A stretch of DNA of 64,000 nt from Mustelus asterias. Lineage: Eukaryota. The notes under the pieces are model-generated. The model had not been told where the DNA came from, did no database searches, and saw only the letters and a program-made list of their open reading frames with translations. The stretch is from NCBI RefSeq assembly GCF_964213995.1, contig NC_135814.1, positions 57,784,001 to 57,848,000 on the forward strand, written 5' to 3'. Shown piece after piece: positions 14,200 through 28,003 of the stretch (its first letter is position 1; every line of letters starts with the position of its first letter). The position numbers were made by a program, and so were the translations under genes.

Positions 14200-14533
14200 T
14201 TTTGCTTGTTCATAAAATGCCAGCATCACTGGCAAAGCCAGCATTATAGCCCATCTCCAATTTCCTTTGAACTGAATGGCTGTGAGAACATTTACGAGTC
14301 AACTACATTGCTGTGAATCTGGACTCATGTATGCCAGATCAGATGAGGATGTCAGATTTCCTTCCCTAAAAGGACATTAGTGAACCAGCTGGGGTTTTAT
14401 GACAATCAACGATGGGTTTGTGGTTGTCAGACCTTTGCAGATTTCACCATCTGCCATGGTGGGATTTGAATCCGGGTCCTCAGAGCATTACCCTGGGTCT
14501 TTGAATTACTAGTCTAGCGACAATACCACTATG
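14200..14533 (-). mobile_element. tRNA-derived SINE (second family)
   Basis: Minus-strand head TAGTGGTATTGTCGCTAGACTAGTAATTC...GGATTCAAATCCCACC (A/B boxes). Homologous to 13425-13957 and 24878-25785. Confidence 0.7.
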
Positions 14534-15506
14534 TGGGATCGAGAGAGCTAGAGATATTCTGTGGGAGAGTTGACAGACCTAGGAATTCAGCTAGCCAATT
14601 TTGGCTCCAGAACATACCCAATTCTAATATTCCTAAGGAGCCAAACCGCAAGTTGTGAATCGCAGTTATGGTGAAGATCAGACATTTTTCTCAGGTGTCG
14701 CAAACTCCAAGGCTACTCATGAGCCATTTACAAACTCCAGAACTCCTCCCCAAGGCTACCAAAGCACAGGATTCCTACTCCAATGCTGCAAATGCCTGGG
14801 ATTTGCGGCAAAAATTCTAAATCCTCAGCCCAGATTCGCGAAAATCTATGACTTCACCAATGTCAATTTATCTATCTCACAATTGGTGTATTACTCTTAC
14901 CAACAATGCTAATATCCAAATTTAAGTAGATACATAAAGGGAACTAGTGGATGATCACCATGCGCAATTCACAAAGAGACCCACAAGGTGATTATCTATT
15001 AATTTTGAAACACTGCTGTCACATTGCAGCGATGATGCATGCAAATTTCTATGATACTTCAAAAGGCAAGCTGGTTATTCCCAGTGTTTCTACTAACTTC
15101 AAGAGTCGTGCTTTCTTTAAAAAAAAAGAAACTGGGAAGTTTTTCCTGTAGCAAGGTGAAAGTCAGCTTGAGTTCAGCACAGTGCAGCATTTTTAATTGA
15201 AAGGGCCACATCTAGATGCACACAACCATCCTTTAGCAGCAGAGTAACACCTTGTATGTTATATGGTTTAACATCCGTTTTTGTACAGTAATGCATCCTC
15301 AGACCTGCTATAACTAGCGTTATGGGAGGCCCAGTAGAACAATAATAAACAAATTACATCTTGCACACATCCATCCTATTGCAATATTATACCTACACAT
15401 TTGAAACTATGTGTCACATCCATAAGAGACCAGTTTGGATACTAGTTTCACCAACAAATTACAACCACTTCAGGCCTTTGGAGAGAGTGGGGAAATTAGG
15501 CTTAAG

Positions 15507-15818
15507 GGGGGTGGTACAGTAGTTAGCACTGCTGCCTCACAGTGCCTGGGGCCCAGGTTCGATTCCTGGCTTGGGTCACTGCCTGTGTGGAGTTTGCACG
15601 TTCTCTCCGTGTCTGCGTGGGTTTCCTCCGGGTGCTCCAGTTTCCTGCAAAGATGTGCAGGTTAGGTGGATTGACCATGCTAAATTGCCCCTTGGTGTCA
15701 AGGGGACTAGCAGGGTAAATATGTGGGGTTACCGGATAGGGTTTGGGTGGGATGGTTGTCAGTGCCGGCTAGATGGGCCAAATGACCTCCTTCTGCACTG
15801 TCGGCATGCTATGATTCT
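15507..15818 (+). mobile_element. HE1-type SINE
   Basis: AGTTAGCACTGCTGCCTCACAG...GGTTCGATTCC B-box. Same core and tail as 9585-9900. Confidence 0.9.
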
Positions 15819-16129
15819 TTGGTATTTCAGTAGGCCACTGGGTGATTAACCTGTTTTGGAGGTTCAAATACTCATTATTGCAAGTGCAATGTGATTTTTT
15901 TTATGTCAGTTATGCTAAAATGGCTTTCTCCCAGTTTGCATGCTTAAAAGTTTACACATTGCCACAATTTCTTGATGCTTTACTAAAACTTCATTGGTGT
16001 ATTGTGATGAAATCTTTAGACAATCCTGGGGATGGAACACTACAGAGCTGCAAATAGAATAACATGTAAAACCAAATAAAAATAACTTGCATACTATTTA
16101 TATAATGTAAGATTGAAGAAAAATGGTAC

Positions 16130-16171
16130 CTTGTCAATTTTCTCTAATACGTCTATCGTGGAAGGTTTTGC
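16130..16171 (-). CDS. lnpk: Lunapark exon 3 (42-nt microexon)
   Basis: Reverse complement: gcag|AKPSTIDVLEKIDK|gtacc, matching LNPK TKPSTVEVLESIDK. Phase 0 on both sides. Confidence 0.93.
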
Positions 16172-17606
16172 CTGCATTAAAAGAAAAATAGGTGTTAAAA
16201 AATCCAATTAAATATATATTGATATAACTTCAAGTGTCCAAATAAATTGCACTTAGCATCAGTATGAACTGAATTTACTGGCCTTTTTTTAAAAAAGGTG
16301 TGGCTTCTCAACAGATGAGGAATATTTGAAGGTGAGATACATTTCCAATGCAAGCCCATTTTAAGTTATTTGAGTGTCAGTAGCGTAAGCAAACATGAAA
16401 TATGTCAAATGATGACACCAATCTGATGGCATGCTGCTTTATAAAATGAAAATATTACCACATGACCTCACCACATCCTCATCAAAATGTTAGCACATCT
16501 AGAAATAGCAAGGACTGCTAACTGACAGTAAATCTCGATCTATATCCTATATTCCCCCCCCTGCAAAAACTGCAGATTTACTTTTGATTCAAGTACAGAA
16601 AGGTGAAAAACACTGCAGTTGATATCACCTTTTATACTGTACAGCACTCAACAATCGCCATGCTTCCACAAAAGTGCCAAATCAATGCTCTAGTAAAACA
16701 AAGGATTCATAAAATTATAAATGTCTTCACAAAGCAGGGTGCCTTCGCTCCCCCCTTCCCACGAGAGAGGTCTGTGCAAGGAACAGCAAAAAAGAGGAGT
16801 GTGGTCACGTAAAAAAGGAAAAGGAACATAGAAACAGGAGGCAGCCATTCAACCCCTCAAGCCTGTTATACCATCCAAATATAGAGCATGGCCAATCTGT
16901 AGCATAACTCCATTATGGCTCCCTTTATTGGATTGCATGATTCGAGGAAACAACTCACTGCATATACTTGGTCAAACGACAACAAAATAAGGAATAAGGT
17001 AAAGAGTAGGGCAAGGAACAAGGAGGAAGTATTAGACCATCTCAAAAAATTACAAACAGTATTGCATTCTGCAAATATATCTGGAAAGAGAACTGTCAAA
17101 CAGGAGATGGGGCCCCTGAGAGAACTTAGTGAGTTGCTAAAGGATAAATGGAAATTTGCACTGATATTTAACAGGTACTTTGCAAGTGTTTACAAAAAGG
17201 GAAGGATATTAGTGGCGCACGGGGGGGGGGGCAGATAAATCTGAGGTGGTCAAAAGTGGGATGAGAAAATTAAACCAAAATTAAGCATTGAAGAAGTTAT
17301 TTAAGTAAAAGGACAAAGTGCTAGTGCCTGACACTGTACCTCCAAAGAAAAGAATGGAGGAAGGAGGCCCTGAAAAATTATGGCCCCAATTTAAACTATC
17401 CCCACTAAGCAAAAGCCAGGTGTTGGGGGCAGCTAAAATAGTGAGTCACTGTCATTTCTTGCCTGATTATGCTTCCCAAAATGCTTTGGTATTTTTCTAT
17501 ATTAAAAGCACCAGAGAAATCTAAATGATTGCTGTTATATCCATGATTTTGATGTAAATTAGCAATTGAACCCTGGGGCACCTCAATCACTGGTACCCCT
17601 TTTGAA

Positions 17607-17761
17607 GTCATGATGTGGAGATGCCAGCGTTGGACTGGGGTAAACACAGTAAGAAGTTTAACAACACCAGGTTAAAGTCCAACAGGTTTATTTGGTAAAA
17701 GTTTGCTACCAAATAAACCTGTTGGACTTTAACCTGGTGTTGTTAAACTTCTTACTGTGTT
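17607..17761. mobile_element. Penelope-terminus hairpin insertion C
   Basis: Perfect 61-bp inverted repeat (17637-17697 / 17707-17767). 13-bp TSD TACCCCTTTTGAA at 17594-17606 and 17762-17774. Confidence 0.85.
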
Positions 17762-18221
17762 TACCCCTTTTGAATGCAGCATTGCACGCTACCTGCTGTT
17801 CTCAATCAGACAATTCTTTTCTGTACCCAAATTTTTGTCTGCAACATAATTTTTTATTTTCAAAACCGACTCATAGGGTTTTCTGCAGCTGAAAGAAGCA
17901 TCCGGCAACAACTTCTTCCTCTCTACATCTTCACAGTATTGAAAAGACGTCACTGGACAGTTGCCTATTCTAACTCCATTCACTTTTTTTCCCTGGGAGT
18001 TCAAAATTGTGAACTTCTCCCTCACTTAATTCCTTATTCTTAGAATCAGCAGGTTTTGTAAAGCCAAGTTCAGCATCAGAATCATTCTTCTGCATTATTG
18101 GGTCAATAACCTTAACACCTTTAGGGAAACAACATCGACACACGTAAGCACATCATACAGGCAGTTTCTAACCACATTTGCAGGGAAAAGAGAGCTGAGA
18201 AAGAAATACAGCCTTGCCAAT

Positions 18222-19033
18222 AGAGAAAATGCTGGAAAATCTCAGCAGCACCTGTAGGGAGAGAAAAGAGCTGACGTTGAGTCTAGATTTCTCTTTGTCA
18301 AAGCTAAAAGGCATAGAAAGTGGGAGATATTTATACTGCAGGGTGAAGGAATGAAAGATGAATCATAGCCACAAAAACCAGGGGAATAGGCTGCTAATGG
18401 CAGTCCATAGAGAGAATAAAGGGTGTGAATGGCCAAACAGCAAAGAAGCTGAAATCAGAAGGCAAGTTGTGACAGATGAAGATGTGGGGGGATGGTGGGG
18501 AAAGTGGATGGGACAGGGGAAGCAAAGGGGGAGTAAAGGTAAGGGAAAGGGGGACAAAGTAAGGGGAAAGAGTGGGGGGGGGGAAAGAAGAAAAATGAAG
18601 AAAGACAATAAAGAAATAAAAAGGTGGAGAAAAGTAAAAAATTAAATAAAATGAAAACAAAGGGGTTGAGGCGGGGTAGGGCTAATCATCTGAAATTGTT
18701 GAATTCGATGTTGAGACCGGAAGGCTGTAAAGTGCCCAGCTGGAAGATGAGATGCTGTTCGTTCAGTTTGCGCTGAGCTTCACTGGAACATTGCAACAGG
18801 CCAAGGACAGACATATGGGCATAGGAACAGGATCGTGGGTTAAAATGGCAAGCAACCGGAAGGTCAGGGTCCTGATTGCTGAGCACCTTCGGTCTGTGCG
18901 CAAAGCGATCACCCAGTCTACACTTGATGTCTCTGATATAGAGAGACCACATTGGGAGCAGCGAATGCAATAGACCAAATTGAAAAAGGTGCAAGTGAAA
19001 CGCTGCTTAACCTTTTTAACTCACCTCTAACTC
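18222..19033 (-). mobile_element. Truncated Penelope-like retroelement: GIY-YIG endonuclease remnant and 3' terminal repeat
   Basis: Frameshifted VYCIRCSQCGL..., LYIRDIKCRLGDRFAH, LPVACHFN, RKLNEQHLIFQLGTLQPSGLNIEF. Flanked by 14-bp direct repeat ACAGCCTTGCCAAT (18208-18221, 19034-19047). Confidence 0.85.
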
Positions 19034-19254
19034 ACAGCCTTGCCAATGTCCCTCCAACTCTAGAGGAAGTTAGAAACATATATAGCAACTTCCTGGTTGA
19101 TCTTTTGATTACATTCAGGCTCTGAATGTCACTCTGCATCTCCCTGTGCCCAAAGGGACAAGCAGGTTAGAAACTGCATCCCTGCTCACCTCACATACTC
19201 AATTGTGGCTTGTTCGTTATTTGTTCACAGGATGTGGGCGTCACGATCTAAGAT

Positions 19255-19440
19255 GGGGCGGCATGGTGGCACAGTTCGAAAGATGTGTGGGTTCAGTGGA
19301 TTGGCCAGGCTAAATTGCCCCTTGGTGTCAGGGGGACTAGCTAGGCATGGGGTTATGGGGATAGGGCCTGGGTGGGATTGTGGTCGGTTCAGACTTGATG
19401 GGCCGAATGGCCTTCTTCTGTACTGTCAGATTCTATGATC
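19255..19440 (+). mobile_element. Internally deleted HE1-type SINE
   Basis: GGGGCGGCATGGTGGCACAG head joined directly to AAAGATGTG...GGGCCGAATGGCC...ATTCTATGAT tail. Confidence 0.75.
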
Positions 19441-21646
19441 TTTTCCCTTACTGAATTCTGTTACTTGCCTGCACTGTGCGCATTGGTCCTGCACCTTCAG
19501 TCCTCAGTTTAAAAAGTTCACTGCTAAATTCAAGAGACGTAGATTTCTTTTTTTAAAAAATAAAGACTGACATCAGAATACAATACCGAACCAGACAAAA
19601 GCTATTCCACTGAACAATAGAATATTTAAATACCTCTGAAGAGTTGTCAGAAACAAGGGGAACCAGGAGAATAAAGCCATATGTAAACTAAAAGGGAGCC
19701 CAAAAAAGCAGCAACTGCAGACATCATAGGATTCCGCCAACACTGGTTTCACAGGAATTGCAGACAGTGAACCAGAAAGCCAAGAAGTTTCTATAATTTA
19801 CATAATAATGAACAACACAATCTCTAAATGAAACGCGTTATAAAATACTGACTTGTAGAGAAATCATCTATAATGTGTTTTTTATTTTTTCAGTTTTTAA
19901 ATTGAGAAACTATGATGAAGAGTCACATGAGATTAGGCTATGTTCCAGATTTAAAGAGAGTGTAAAAGAGAAAACTAAGTAATTCAATAAGTGATTAGTT
20001 GGCTTTAAGAGATCAAAGAGGTGGTGTACTGCTTTTCAAGAGGAGACTGTGTTCTCATTTAGAGCTTCTTTACTCAATGCATTAAAAAATGTTACTACTT
20101 CTTCCGTTAATGAAAAATTTAATTTGATTGCAGAATCCATAAGTGCTTGTCTGGTCATTAATGTCATATCTAATTTATGTTGAGTATCAATTACTTTTAT
20201 GTATCCGTCAAACTCTATTTGACATTTTTGGGTTACTGAGATTGCGTGCATCAAGTGACTGATTTGCTGGACTCCCATTCCAATGAAAACAAAACTAGGA
20301 CCTCGGCTGATTCACAAATTATGCAAACTGAATTTAAATATAATTAGATAATAAGGCACCAAAATGCATTAGATTTGTTGTTAGGACATTAACTGTACTT
20401 GTATCTCTAGAATTTCCCAATTAATTTAAATAAAGTTTTATCATTAAGTCACAAGGTAAATTACCCTAATTTCCATGCGAATAGAAAGCACTGTGAATGC
20501 ATATAGGGCTCCCTGAAAGCTCACCAAGTTGATCATAAAGGACTAAGTCAAAGGAACTAGGGAAGTGTCAACTTGATTTTGATGTGTTGGGCTAACCAAT
20601 GCCAGCCAGGGCAGCAATAAGGATGCCACATCTGGCCTTATTGCCCCAAGTTATGGAGTAGAGAGAAAAAAAAGGAAAAAACAATTCCTGCTGGAGTACA
20701 TGTCCATAGCCATCATGAGAGATGAGGTCAAGTTCAGCAATCAGGCTGCCTGCTAAAACCAATCAAGGCTCAAATATAAGCAGCAGTTACTTGGGTTAAA
20801 GATTGGATAGCCACCATTGCCTGCGGAATTGCACCCAACGACAAGTCCATGCTTTTGGGGAGGGGGAAATAAATAAACTGCCAAGGACGCAAATTAAGGA
20901 AAACAAATATTTTAGGGTGGAATTGAAACAAAGCTAACAGGTTGAGATAAATGTGACAATGTAACAGTAGCCTTAAACCTTATTCTTCTAAAAATTGAGT
21001 TCCAAGCTGTGACTAGCACAAAATCTGCCTGAATTACTTTGAAAATTATATTTAAATTATAGAACACAAGAGCCAAAAAAGCATGAGCTGAAAAATCTTT
21101 TTGTTCTCTGGGGCAAATCAAACTAAATTGGTTTCTCCCCTCCTTCATGTCTAACCATAACCATTTTTAACCAAAATGGAGATGGGTAATCCCAAAATCA
21201 CTCTGTAGCAGCTAAGTTGCCCTCCAGTTTTTCATTCTTATTGGAAGAAAGTGATTTATTCTGGCGCCCAGAATTGAACACAATAATTCAGCTGAAACCT
21301 AACAAGTGATTTATGCCATGTCACTTGTTAGGCCTCAACTGGATTATTATGCCGATTGCTGGCCATCACACTTTAGGATAGATGTCAAGGCATTTGGAGA
21401 AGGCGCAAAAAGGGATTTATCAGAGTGGTACCAGGACGAAGGACTTCAGCTATGTAGATAGACCTTAGAGGGTGGGATTGATCTTGGGATGGACTTGACA
21501 GTAACCAAGATTTTCCCTAAACATAAAATTTAAAATATTAGAATTCAGATAAAACTCCTCATTGTTACAGCGCCTATTCCCAATACATTGCCTTTCTACG
21601 CCCGTGCCCCTGCCTCACCAACAACAAAAACCTCACGCCATGCCTT

Positions 21647-22850
21647 CACAGAATCACAGAATTGTTACACCACAGGAGGCCATTCAGCCTGTGTCTGCAC
21701 TGGCTCTTGGAATGCACAATTCGCTGAGTGCCACTCCAGGACCTTCTCCCAGTAATCATGTACATTCTTCCTTTTTTGATAATAATCCAATTTCTTTACT
21801 AAAATGTCACAATTGAATCAGTCTCCACCACACACTCAGGCAGTATATTCCAGATCAAATCACTCACTACATGAAAAAGGTTTCATGCCACCATTGCTTC
21901 TTCTGCCAAATCCCTTAAATCTGTGTCCCTTAAATTCTTGATCTTTCCACCAGTGGCCACAGTGTTTCCCTACCTACTCTGTCCAGACCTCTCATGATTT
22001 TGAATACCTCTACTAAATTCCCTTTCTGCCTTTTCTTCTCTAAGGAAAACGGTTCAAACTTCTCCAATCTATCTTTAGAAATGAAGCTCCTCATCCCTGA
22101 ACCATTCCTGTGAATACTTACTGCATTCTTTCCAATGCCTTCACGGTGCCCGAACTGGAAACCAACTGGAAACAATCCTCCAGTTGAGGCCAAACCAGTG
22201 TTTGAAACAAGTTTAACATAACCTCTAAGCTCTTGTACTTTATGTCCCTATTAACAAAGCCCAATATACTAGTACTTTATTAACCATTCTTGCAATCTGT
22301 CCTGCCACTTTCAATTCACTTATGCAAATATACACCAGGTCCCTCTGCTGCTGATCCCCCTTTTGAATAGTACCCTTTGTTTTATCTTGTCTGCCCATTT
22401 CCTTCCTACCAAAATTAAACATTTCACATTTCTCTGCATTCACCATTTGCCTGCCCATTCCATCCGCTTGTCTATGTCCTTCTGATGTTCTACACTATTC
22501 GCCTCAGTTCATAATGCTGTCAAAGTTTTGTTTCATCCTCTAATTTTGAAATTGTGTTTTGTGACTACTAATCTTCTCCCAAATTATTGTTTCCAGAATC
22601 TTCCCCAAAGTAAAACTGACTGGTCTGCAATTGCTGGGTTTATCCTTACTCCATTTTCTGAACAAGGAGTTAATATTTGCAATTCTCCAGCCCTCTAGCA
22701 CCACCCCCAAATCGAAGGAAGAATGGAAAATTATGGCCAGTGCGTCCTCAATTTCCATTCTTCCTTGGATGCATCGCATCCAATCCTGGTGTCTTATCAA
22801 CAAGTACAGACAGCCTATCCAATACCTCCTTACCAATTTTAAATCCATCC
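21647..22850 (-). mobile_element. Decayed CR1-clade LINE, 3' portion
   Basis: Minus ORF fragments FSLEKKRQKGNLVEVFKIMRGLDRV and GWRIANINSLFRK..DKPSNCRPVS. Confidence 0.8.
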
Positions 22851-22859
22851 AGTGTATTT

Positions 22860-24440
22860 TTTTTTTAAATTTGTTCATGGGATATAGGCATCACTGGCTA
22901 TATATGCTTTGTAGATGGACAGACTTCAGGGAGTCAGGTGGTAAATTACCTGTCATAGAATTCCCAGCTCTGGTAGCCACAGCATTTATATGACAAGTCC
23001 AGTTCAGTTCCTGGTTAATGTAAGCCCCAGGATGATGATAGTTGGTTATTCAGCAATGGTAATGGCACAGAATGTTAAGGGGCGATGGTTATATTCTCTC
23101 TTGCTGAAGATGATCTTTGCCTGGCACTTGTGTTGCAGAATTTTATTTACCATTTTTATTAGCCCAAACCCAAATGTTGTCCAGGTCTTACTGCCCATGG
23201 ACACAAACTGCTTCAGTATCGGAGAAGTGAATGGTGCTGAACAGTGCACAATCATCGAACATCCCCACTTCTGTTATTGAGGAAGCAGCCTTAAATGGTT
23301 AGGCCTAAAACACTACCGTGAGGAAATCTTGCAGCATTGTCTTGGGACAGGTGATTGACCTCCAATAACTAAAACCATCTTCCTTTGTGCTAGTATGTCA
23401 CCAGTGGAGTTTTCTCCTGCTTCCCATCGACTTCAGATTTAATGGGGCTCCTTGGTGCCACACTGGGTCAAATATCGCCTTAACGTCAAGAGCAGTCACT
23501 CTCATCTCACCTCTTCACTTCAGCACTTTTATCCATTTTTGGACTACGGTTGTAATGAGGGGTTTTAAGTTCAGTGGCCCTGGCAGAACCCAAACTGAGC
23601 ATCAGTGAGCGGGCGATTACTTTGTAAATGCCATTTGAAAGCACTGTACAACACTTGGGGTGGCAATTCAATGGGTTGGATTTGTCCTGCATTTTGGGGA
23701 CAGAACATACCTGAGTAATTTGTCAGGTAGATGACAGTGCTGGACCTGGACTGAAGCAGTTTGGCAAGATGCACAGCAAGTTCTGGAGCACAAGTCTTCA
23801 GTGCTATTGTTGGAATGTTGTCAGGGTCCATAGCCTTTGCAGCATTCAGTGCCATCAGCCATTTCCTGAAATCACATTGAATGAATTGAACTGGCTGAAG
23901 ACTGGCATCTATGATGCTGGGGACCTCCAGAGGAGGCCAACATGGACCATCCACTTGGCACTTCTGGCTGAACACTGTCGTAAATGCTTCAGTCTTATCT
24001 TGGTGCTGATGTGCTAGACATCTCCCATCATTGAGAATGAGGACATTTGTGGAGCATCCTCCTCTTGTTGTTTAATTCTCCATCAGCATTCATGACTGAT
24101 GTGGCCGGACTGCAGAGCTTAGATGTGATCCATTGGTTGTGGGATCATTTAGCTCTGTTTATCACGTGCTGTTTCTGCTAACTGGCATGCAAGTAGTCCT
24201 GTGGTGTAGTTTCACCAAGTTTAACACCTCATTTTTTGGCATATCTGGTGCTGCTCCTGGCATGCACTCCTGAGTAAAGCAGGGTTGGTTCCTCGGCTTG
24301 ATGGCAATGGTAAGGGTGAGGAAAACTGGTCCATGAGGTTACAGATTGTGGCTGAGTACAATTCTGCTGCTGCTGAGGCCCCATAGCACCTCGTGGATGG
24401 CCAGTTTTGAGCAGCTAGACCTGTTCTGAATCTATCCCGT
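22860..24440 (-). mobile_element. Decayed CR1-group LINE of a second family
   Basis: Minus ORF fragment ALNAAKAMDPDNIPTIALKTCAPELAVHLAKL...QFGFCQGH. Its 3' tail resembles the tail of the second SINE family. Confidence 0.75.
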
Positions 24441-24877
24441 TTATTTATTCAATTCTGTCAACCTGCTCAGGTACAGACAAGCAAGGTCAAGTGATGTCTG
24501 AATTTTATGGGAAAATGACAGCTCTATTTATGTACAATTGATAATCAATAAATGGCAAATAATCAATTGTCATTATGAAAGGTAACGTTCTCCCCAAAGT
24601 CCTTGGTTCCAACATATTAAGGCAGTCTGTAGCTAGCAAAAATAAATTTCACCATGAGTAACTGAATTTCAAAAATGAATTTTGTGTTGCAAGAAGTAGA
24701 AAAGCAATTTATTCTTTCGGCATTGAAGGTATGAAGTTTTTGTTTATATTGAATGTTGGTTATTTATCTGTTCAGCATTAATTTTTTTTTGGTTTACAAT
24801 TTAATCAGATGTGCATTCTTGAGCTCACCAAAAATGCCTATCTCATCACTGTGTTTTATATCCCCATTACATTCCCA

Positions 24878-25785
24878 GGAGGATATGGTAGTGTAGTGAT
24901 AGTAATCCAAGGCCCTGGGGAATAGGTTAATAACTTTGGAATATAAACATAGCCTCAGTAATGGCGACCGTGAAATTTATCAGCAATTTCTGAAAAAATC
25001 TATCTGGTTCACAAATGGAAATCTGCCATCTTTATCCCGTCTGGCCTACATGTGACTCCAGACCCACAGTATTGTGGTTGATTCTTAACTACCGTGGAAG
25101 TTAAAATGCTCAGATTGAAGTTTCATAGTTCGGAAGCTAAATTGTGCAGAAGCTAAAATGTTCAAAATTAAAGTTTCATGCCTTCTCTGTACAGTTTCTA
25201 CAATGTTTATCAGCTTGCAGACCTTCAAAGGAGTCAGTGTCTGCTATTTCAGCATGAACAGGCTAATCTTCATCTGCGTAGGCCCCATAACATTCTGCTT
25301 TTCGGCCTTCACCAGAGGGTGAGCAAGACCAGATTTTTCCATAACAAATACCAAAGGCAAGATATGGGGATATGCTATGCAAATGAAGGATTAGCAGAAA
25401 TCAGTTTTTCACCAAATGAGAAAGGATGAAAAGCCAGGATTTAACTGGTGAATGTATGCAAATGAAGGATTAAAAAAATTGCTAGTTTCTGATGTGCTGT
25501 AATTGACTATAATCGCTAAGTTGTTTTTCTGTAGCTTCAGAAACACTTGCAGGACAACTGCAAGGTGGTTCTCCTTGTGCACAAGTCATTAAAGGCCTTG
25601 TATCGGATTATGCATGATGTCTGGCACTGTTTGTACTCAAGTCGACCAAGAGTGCCTAAGGTTGCTGGTACCCAGGATCTCTAACGCTACCCTCTGAAAT
25701 GGCTGAGCCACTCAGCTCAAGGGAAATTAGGGATGGGTAATAAACGATGGCCTTGCCAGTGACACCCACGTCCCATGAAAGAATA
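24878..25785 (+). mobile_element. Second-family SINE split by a ~590-bp unidentified insertion
   Basis: SINE body 24878-25093 resumes at about 25687 (CTACCCTCTGAAATGGC...GTCCCATGAAAGAAT). CTACC is present at both junctions. Confidence 0.6.
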
Positions 25786-25999
25786 GAACAAGTAAGATAA
25801 ATACAGTGGTGAGAGTTTCCCATTCAACTCCTGTGTCTTGATACATACGGCTAGATATTGTGCAGGTACATCAATTCATTAAAAACGCGTGCAAGGTCCA
25901 CTTACTGGAGTGGGCAGTGATGCTGAACCCAAGGAAAAATGTATAGCAAAAAAAGCCATAAATTGTAATATGTACAAAAGGTAAATTTAACTACACAAA

Positions 26000-26650
26000 T
26001 AATTGAGGTCGAAAAGCTAGGTATTCAAATCATGGCAGCATCTTTTAATATCAGGACATAAATAGAGACATGAAGAACAAAAGCCAAGAAGTTAAGTTAA
26101 ACCAATAGAAAACATTAGTTCAGCCCCAGCTGCAGTACTCTGGCATCACACTTTCGGAAGAACGTGAAGGTTTCAGAAAGGGAACAGGAGAGATTTACTG
26201 GAATGATTCCAGAGATGAAGAAGTAGGTACATGGATATACGGGACAAGATGGTATTTTTTACCTTCAAGCAGAGAAAGCCAAGAGAAGATTTGACAAAGG
26301 TATTTAAAACCTTGAAGATTTAGACAGAGTAAATAAAAAGAATCGGTTTCCAATCACAGAAGAGTTGAAAGTCAAGGGGCACAGATTTAAAGTGATTGGC
26401 AAAAGAACCAGAGGTGACATAAGGAAAATCGTTTTTACACATTTACGGTTAAGAGTTGAAATGCACTGCCCGATCAAGCAGTGGATAGAGATTCAATAGT
26501 AGCCTTCAAGAAGAATTGGATAAATCCATGAAGGTGAAAAAAAAGTGTAGTGATACAGTGAAAGTGCAAGATTAACTGGATTTCTCTTCAAGAGCCAGCA
26601 CAGACTCAATGGGCCAAATGGCTTCCATGCATGCTGCACTCTTTATGATT
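26000..26650 (+). mobile_element. CR1-clade LINE 3' end
   Basis: AAAACATTAGTTCAGCCCCAGCTGCAGTAC...GGGGCACAGATTTAAAGTGATTGG...GGGCCAAATGGCTTCC tail. Confidence 0.75.
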
Positions 26651-27976
26651 AACTGACAACATTTGCACAGAAGTAATAATTATAACTTCAAAATTTTAAG
26701 TTCTGAGTTAAAAGAATATTTTAGATGCAATGGGGAAATCACTGCATTTTAATTATATCAAATATGTCAAGTCAATATCCAGAGATAAGCTCATAGGCTC
26801 CAAACTCCTGAGACAGGTTGCAAGTTGCAACAAGCTATCATTAGGCTTTAGCAATTAACCTTCAACTAGCCTACTTATTAAAATAGCACAAGGTCACACT
26901 GAATCAATGTTGTTGCTACTAGGGGAAATAAAGCATAAAATAACATTGAACTTTATCGGAAATACTACTTTGTAGGTAACATACAAGACACTATCATTCT
27001 GCAGGACAAATTTCATTTTGACCTGTATCACAGAAAACTTGGAGAATTTACCATATTTCTGAGATTTAAATCAATTTTGTTTATACAAGTAGTCTTTACG
27101 AAAGAATACCTTACTCTTGTGCCCTTACAACTGTGGCCCCTTGCAACACTGCATGTTTTTCTCAAAATCTAAAGTTTAGGTCAACATTTCCCTCCAAGAG
27201 TCAAATGTATGCCCCCAATTCTCTAAACAAAAATGCCCATCTTTTAGCCAGTAATTTGAACAGCTTCAATCCATCACCAGGCACCAATATTAAAAGTCTA
27301 GAATTCAACTTACAGAACAAGAATCTATTTAGAATTCCCAAAATCATTTTCTCTCCTCTCATACATTTGAATTAAAAAGCTAGCACAAAAATGAAACAAA
27401 TTATAATTTATTTATTCCCAGTCCCCAACAATCAGATTCCTATTCAGCCACAGTATGTTGTTTAATTCATTAACATTTTTAGGGCAAGATTGGTACTAAC
27501 AACAACACAGCCATGCTCAACACCATTCTTCAAATTTCAGAGTCAATCAGAAAGCTATGGAGCATTGCGCGTTAAAATTTTATACCCCAACTTACTTAAA
27601 AAACAAATAAAGCTGGAAATAGTATTCCCAGAAACATTTTGAACAGTCCATAGTAAAATGCAGTCTATAAATAAACAGGCTTATCACTGTGTTTTCTCTC
27701 TATATATAAAATAACAAGACAAAACCTGAAACTCCCTTTTTCAGTGTGTACCTATTCCACATGCAGCAATTCATCACCCCCATCTCAAAGGCAATTAGCG
27801 AAGGGCAAAGGCTGGCCTTGCCACCAATGCTCACATTGCACGAAAATTGTCTCCTTTAAATTCACTGCAGTTCCGTTGCATTTAAAGACTTGCTATTGTA
27901 CTCACATTTCAAAACAGCTATTTAGACTGCTAGTTGTTATTACATAATTTGAATTGAAGTGCAATTGATCACTTAC

Positions 27977-28003
27977 CCTCCAGCAAGAAAGCATCAATCC
28001 CAT
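27977..28003 (-). CDS. lnpk: Lunapark exon 2, coding part with start codon (whole exon about 27977-28080)
   Basis: Reverse complement: aaacaaaATG-MGLMLSCWR|gtaagt (human MGGLFSRWR), retaining the MGxxxS myristoylation motif. Upstream acceptor tgtttattctacag|28080. Confidence 0.88.

Noticed and set aside
13852-14316. 154-aa plus ORF
   Set aside because: Runs through antisense SINE sequence; chance ORF.
18262-18305. Hammerhead-like remnant in the large Penelope copy
   Set aside because: Core degenerate (TTTGACAAAG...CTCAACGTC, GAAA lost); not called functional.
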